Shown in pieces: positions 60,513 through 64,000 of a stretch of 64,000 nucleotides of DNA. Each line of letters begins with the position of its first letter. Position 1 is the first letter of the stretch. The stretch lies in the NCBI GenBank assembly GCA_030704615.1, contig CM060732.1, forward strand, positions 14,632,001 through 14,696,000, read 5' to 3'. This DNA comes from Takakia lepidozioides. Taxonomy: Eukaryota; Plantae; Bryophyta. Under the pieces are notes generated by a model. The model had not been told where the DNA came from and ran no database searches. It worked only from the letters and a program-made list of their open reading frames with translations. A program made the translations under genes and the position numbers.

Positions 60513-62526
60513 TTAATATTGCTCCTCAGCATTCAGTAGAGCTGCGTACGACTGATTCTCATCTCTGTTCCCCTGTTTTCTCCCTCGAGCAATGCTGAAC
60601 TGGGTGGTCACTGGGGCTGCTGCTGGTTTTTTTAAGTGGAAAAGGTCAAAAAGCTTCTCTCTCTCACCCCTTAGGCCATCCAGGGGCCCATCCCAGGATG
60701 TCTCACCAATGAGTTCTAGCCCTATATCTACTGCATCCCCACCAACAAGCTGGTCACCACGTTGTATCAGCAACAAGTACACCTGCTCTGCACACACTTT
60801 CCTCACCTGACACCAAGCCAGATTTGTTTGGAAGGGACCAAATAGTAAGAATGAAAGAAAAGAAAAGGAAAGCTAAGCTAAGGTCAGGAAGTTTACATTC
60901 AGCATACAGCTCTACGCACAGCCCATCAAGGGGCCAATGGATGGACGGATCCTTACTGAGTAGAACTAAGAAAAACAGCAAGAAAGAAAGAGAATAACAG
61001 AAGGAAAAAAGAAAGAAAGAGAGTTTAATGTCCAGCAATTTACAAAGCATACAACTTTATGCACAAACTATTAAGGGGGGTGAATGGATAAAAACATCCC
61101 GGTGGGGCTAACCCCCTGGAGGCAGTTGAGGAGTTTTAGCATCCTAGACTATTTCTGAAATTGCTGGAGGACTTCAACACATCTAAGGATGAGGGAGAAA
61201 CTGTGGTTGATGCTGGTTACCTTAGGATATCGGTAGCTCAGGAGATTGAGCAGCTGCCCAAGGGCATTGCTCCGTGCAGGCTCAGGTCGCAGTGCAAAAT
61301 GACTGAGCACATTGATGCCGGCCAGCAGCTTTGCCACATCTTTGCTCCCACGAAGTTCACTTTTCACACACTTCAAAACCTCCACGGAGAACTCATCTTG
61401 AGCAGTCTGCAGACCCATACAACCTCACCTCGGATTAGGAGGCAAAATCCTGGTGGCGGGACTCTCCCACATTTTTGGTGCCATCTGTCTTTATTTGGTA
61501 TTTAAATTGTGGTACACTTTCCACTTCATATGCAAGAGTAAAGTCCAAGAACCCCCGGAGTTCGCTGATCTGAGAACAAAAGAGACCCTGATAAGTACTC
61601 TAGGCCATGGCATATTTTGATGCAGAACCTTAATGCTGTTGTCCTGTGAAGCACCAATCCCATACTAATGTTTGCTCCACACAGAATTGACAACCACCAC
61701 AACGACCACCATGAACCCCACTATTTCTTTTGCAAAATTTTATTGAAAAGAAACCACATTCCAGCAGACCCGTTTTGTTTGATTGGTTGTGTAAAGGCTA
61801 GACCAAGTGTATCAACGTAGTGATATCAGTAGCAAAAATACAATTGACTTCTGGTCTTAGGCAAGCAAGCAGCAAGAGAAGAATGATGATACATTTCCAG
61901 AGATTTCTTGCAAGTCCGAGAAAATGCCTTTGCAGAACAGAATGTCCAGAGTCTGCACCAAACATACACAACACCAAATTGTCACATGGCCTTTGAAACT
62001 AATGATGTTGCAGATACGTTACACAAAGCTGAATGACAACTAGTGAAACCGATCAACCACTGAACAAATGGATACCAAACACACCATCATTAGCTCTTCT
62101 TGACTTTTTCTTGGGATTTTCTGCTACTTATCTTCCATTGGCAGAAGGCGAAAGCCTTGCACACACCCTTAGATACGGCTGAGGGGGAGACACCAGAGTG
62201 GTAAAGAATCTCAACATCCTGGTGAATATTTCAAATAAAATATGTACCTTAAGTGCAGGTACAATCACTCTGTCATTTCCTGCAAAGTTCTTCAGGACAC
62301 GTAACATCTCAACTCCCAGCCAGCAAATATGACTGTCTTGTGGAGCTTCATGGACACTCCCCGTTGCAGTACCCCCTTGAAGAAAGTCGAGAACAGCTTG
62401 AGAAGACGATTTTCCAAGTGAGTCCGTAAGGCCACCAATGGAGATCACAATGCCTGATAGCAGAAATGGGCGATACTCTGGGAAGCTTAGCAATTGTATT
62501 AGCCTTGGAAATGAATCTCCAGGAGC
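60513..62526 (-). CDS. TFCD: Tubulin-folding cofactor D, last four exons (upstream exons not seen in window)
   Basis: APGDSFPRLIQLL..YRPFLLSGIVISIGGLTDSL...NDRVIVPALK (62248-62526) / TLDILF / ELRGSKDVAKL...LLSYRYPK / VRKVCAEQVYL...ETSWDG...DENQSYAALL. Confidence 0.9.
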
Positions 62527-62789
62527 CTACAAGTACCCATTCCAACCAAAATTTTAGGTGCTAGTGTTAGAAATAACCTCCCAGATGATACAACAACATG
62601 TCATACGGATGGCCAACAATAAGATGAGTTGAGACAGTTTACCTATCTTTACATAACAGAAAAGTAACAAATTCAATCATCAGCTGAATTATAACTACAG
62701 AACATAATTGAAGCTAATACACAATTAGTTCCTACCCAACAAACATACGAGGGCCTGCTTCCACAGAGAAAGAAAGATAACTTTACGGT

Positions 62790-63895
62790 GTCCACAGGGG
62801 GACCCCGAGGGAGTATGAGAAAGTAGAAAATTTTCAGTCTAGTGCTGAGGGTAGGTAGGCCCTTGAAGTCATCCTTAAGATCCTTGCCTATGTGAATGTA
62901 CTCATAAGACTTTGTTTGCCATAGCCTTGTGGCCGGAGACCCCGTGCCCAGTTTGGATGGAAACATAAGGAATAGGCACTACCTTTGTGAGGGGCTCACT
63001 GCAGTAGTGCGACTTACCTTGATATAAGCAATTAGTTCAGGCTTTCCAGAAATCCTCTTCACACAAGCATTAATCTGCTGTGTGTGAGCAGCCCAAAAGT
63101 TGACCCCAACAGGGTCAGGGCTTCTCAGCCTTGAGATTTTGAAAGTTGGTGAACAGAGGTGCAGGAACCATGTTCTTGGTGTTCCTGAAGCGGGTCACTC
63201 TCTGGTGAGAATACCCAGGACAATGTATCAGAAAATGGTCTTCAGTCTAGTGCCAAGGGTAGGTAGGCCCTTCAGGTCATCCTTAAGTTTCTTGCCCATG
63301 TCATAGACAGGAGGGAATTTTTATTCCTAACTTCATTTTCATTGGACAGTCTTAGGGCATCAGACATGGCTTTGGACATAACCCCTTCATCCAGTAGGGT
63401 CAATTCCTCTGGATTAATCTTCGGAAATAGCATCGATTATCTTACGGTACCTGGCATTAGACATGCGATTCCCTCACCTATGAGAGAGAGTACTCAGGAA
63501 GATGTCAGAAGATGTTGTTTGCCGTAGCCTTGTGGCCATACACCCGCGCCCAGTTTGGGTGGAACTAAATGGAGACACTATCTTTGTGAGGGGCTCACTC
63601 CGGTAGTGGGACTTACTTGGGCTTTCCAGATATCCTCTAGAAAGCCCTTCCAACAAACATCAACCTGATGTGTGATCTGCCCTGCAATTAGACCCTGCCC
63701 TTAGGCTCAGCCTCAAGATCTTCATAGTTGGTGAACAGAGGTGCAGGGACAATGTTCTCGATGTTCCTGAAGAGAGTCCTCTCTGGTGAGAATATCCTGG
63801 ACAATGCATCAGAAAATGGATAGTCCTCAGGCTAGAATGTACTCATAAGACGCTGTTTGCCGCAGCCTTGTGGCCATTGACCCCGCGCCCAGTCT
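62790..63895. repeat. Degenerate duplicated repeat in the TFCD intron; shares a segment with 44054-44120
   Basis: gtactcataagac..tgtttgcc..agccttgtggcc...cccgcgcccagt-like segments at about 62898, 63513 and 63839; other blocks recur between 62980-63230 and 63580-63815. Confidence 0.7.
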
Positions 63896-64000
63896 TCAGG
63901 CTAGAGAGAGAGACAGAGAGCGAGAGAGAAATGAAATGGTGCTTTATAACGTCCGCGAAAAGCTCATAGAGCTTATGGGACAAAATGGAAGAAAACATGA

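Noticed and set aside
62990-63025. ACTTACCT as the 5' end of U1 snRNA
   Set aside because: The downstream sequence does not match U1 stem-loops or an Sm site; it is part of the local degenerate repeat.

Overview
Eukaryotic plant nuclear DNA, probably from a non-seed land plant (inferred from gene and TE content, not proven). Three host genes frame about 50 kb of nested transposons: a multi-exon EME1 (minus, 0.8-6.1 kb), an intronless CBL calcium sensor (plus, 58.8-59.4 kb) and the 3' exons of tubulin-folding cofactor D (minus, 60.5-62.5 kb). The TE nest contains five components. (1) An L1-type LINE with a 5' inversion, split by (2) a 12.1-kb Mutator-like element (9583-21665; 8-bp TSD, short TIRs). 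This MULE carries a DDE/SWIM transposase and, divergently, an intron-containing cargo gene fusing a ParB/Srx-like domain to a beta-class amino (N6A/N4C) methyltransferase domain. Its non-coding regions are filled with arrays of one palindromic motif. This is the best candidate for an undescribed system. (3) CACTA remnants with their own palindrome arrays and a nearby degenerate kinase gene. (4) Two inverted copies of a chromovirus, one with a MULE fragment inside its LTR. (5) A second Ty3/gypsy family with a complete C5 cytosine methyltransferase between protease and RT, split by a very young two-ORF Penelope-like element at a (TC)n tract. A hAT MITE lies upstream of the CBL gene. All calls come from reading motifs by eye; no searches were run and most TE ORFs here carry stops or frameshifts.
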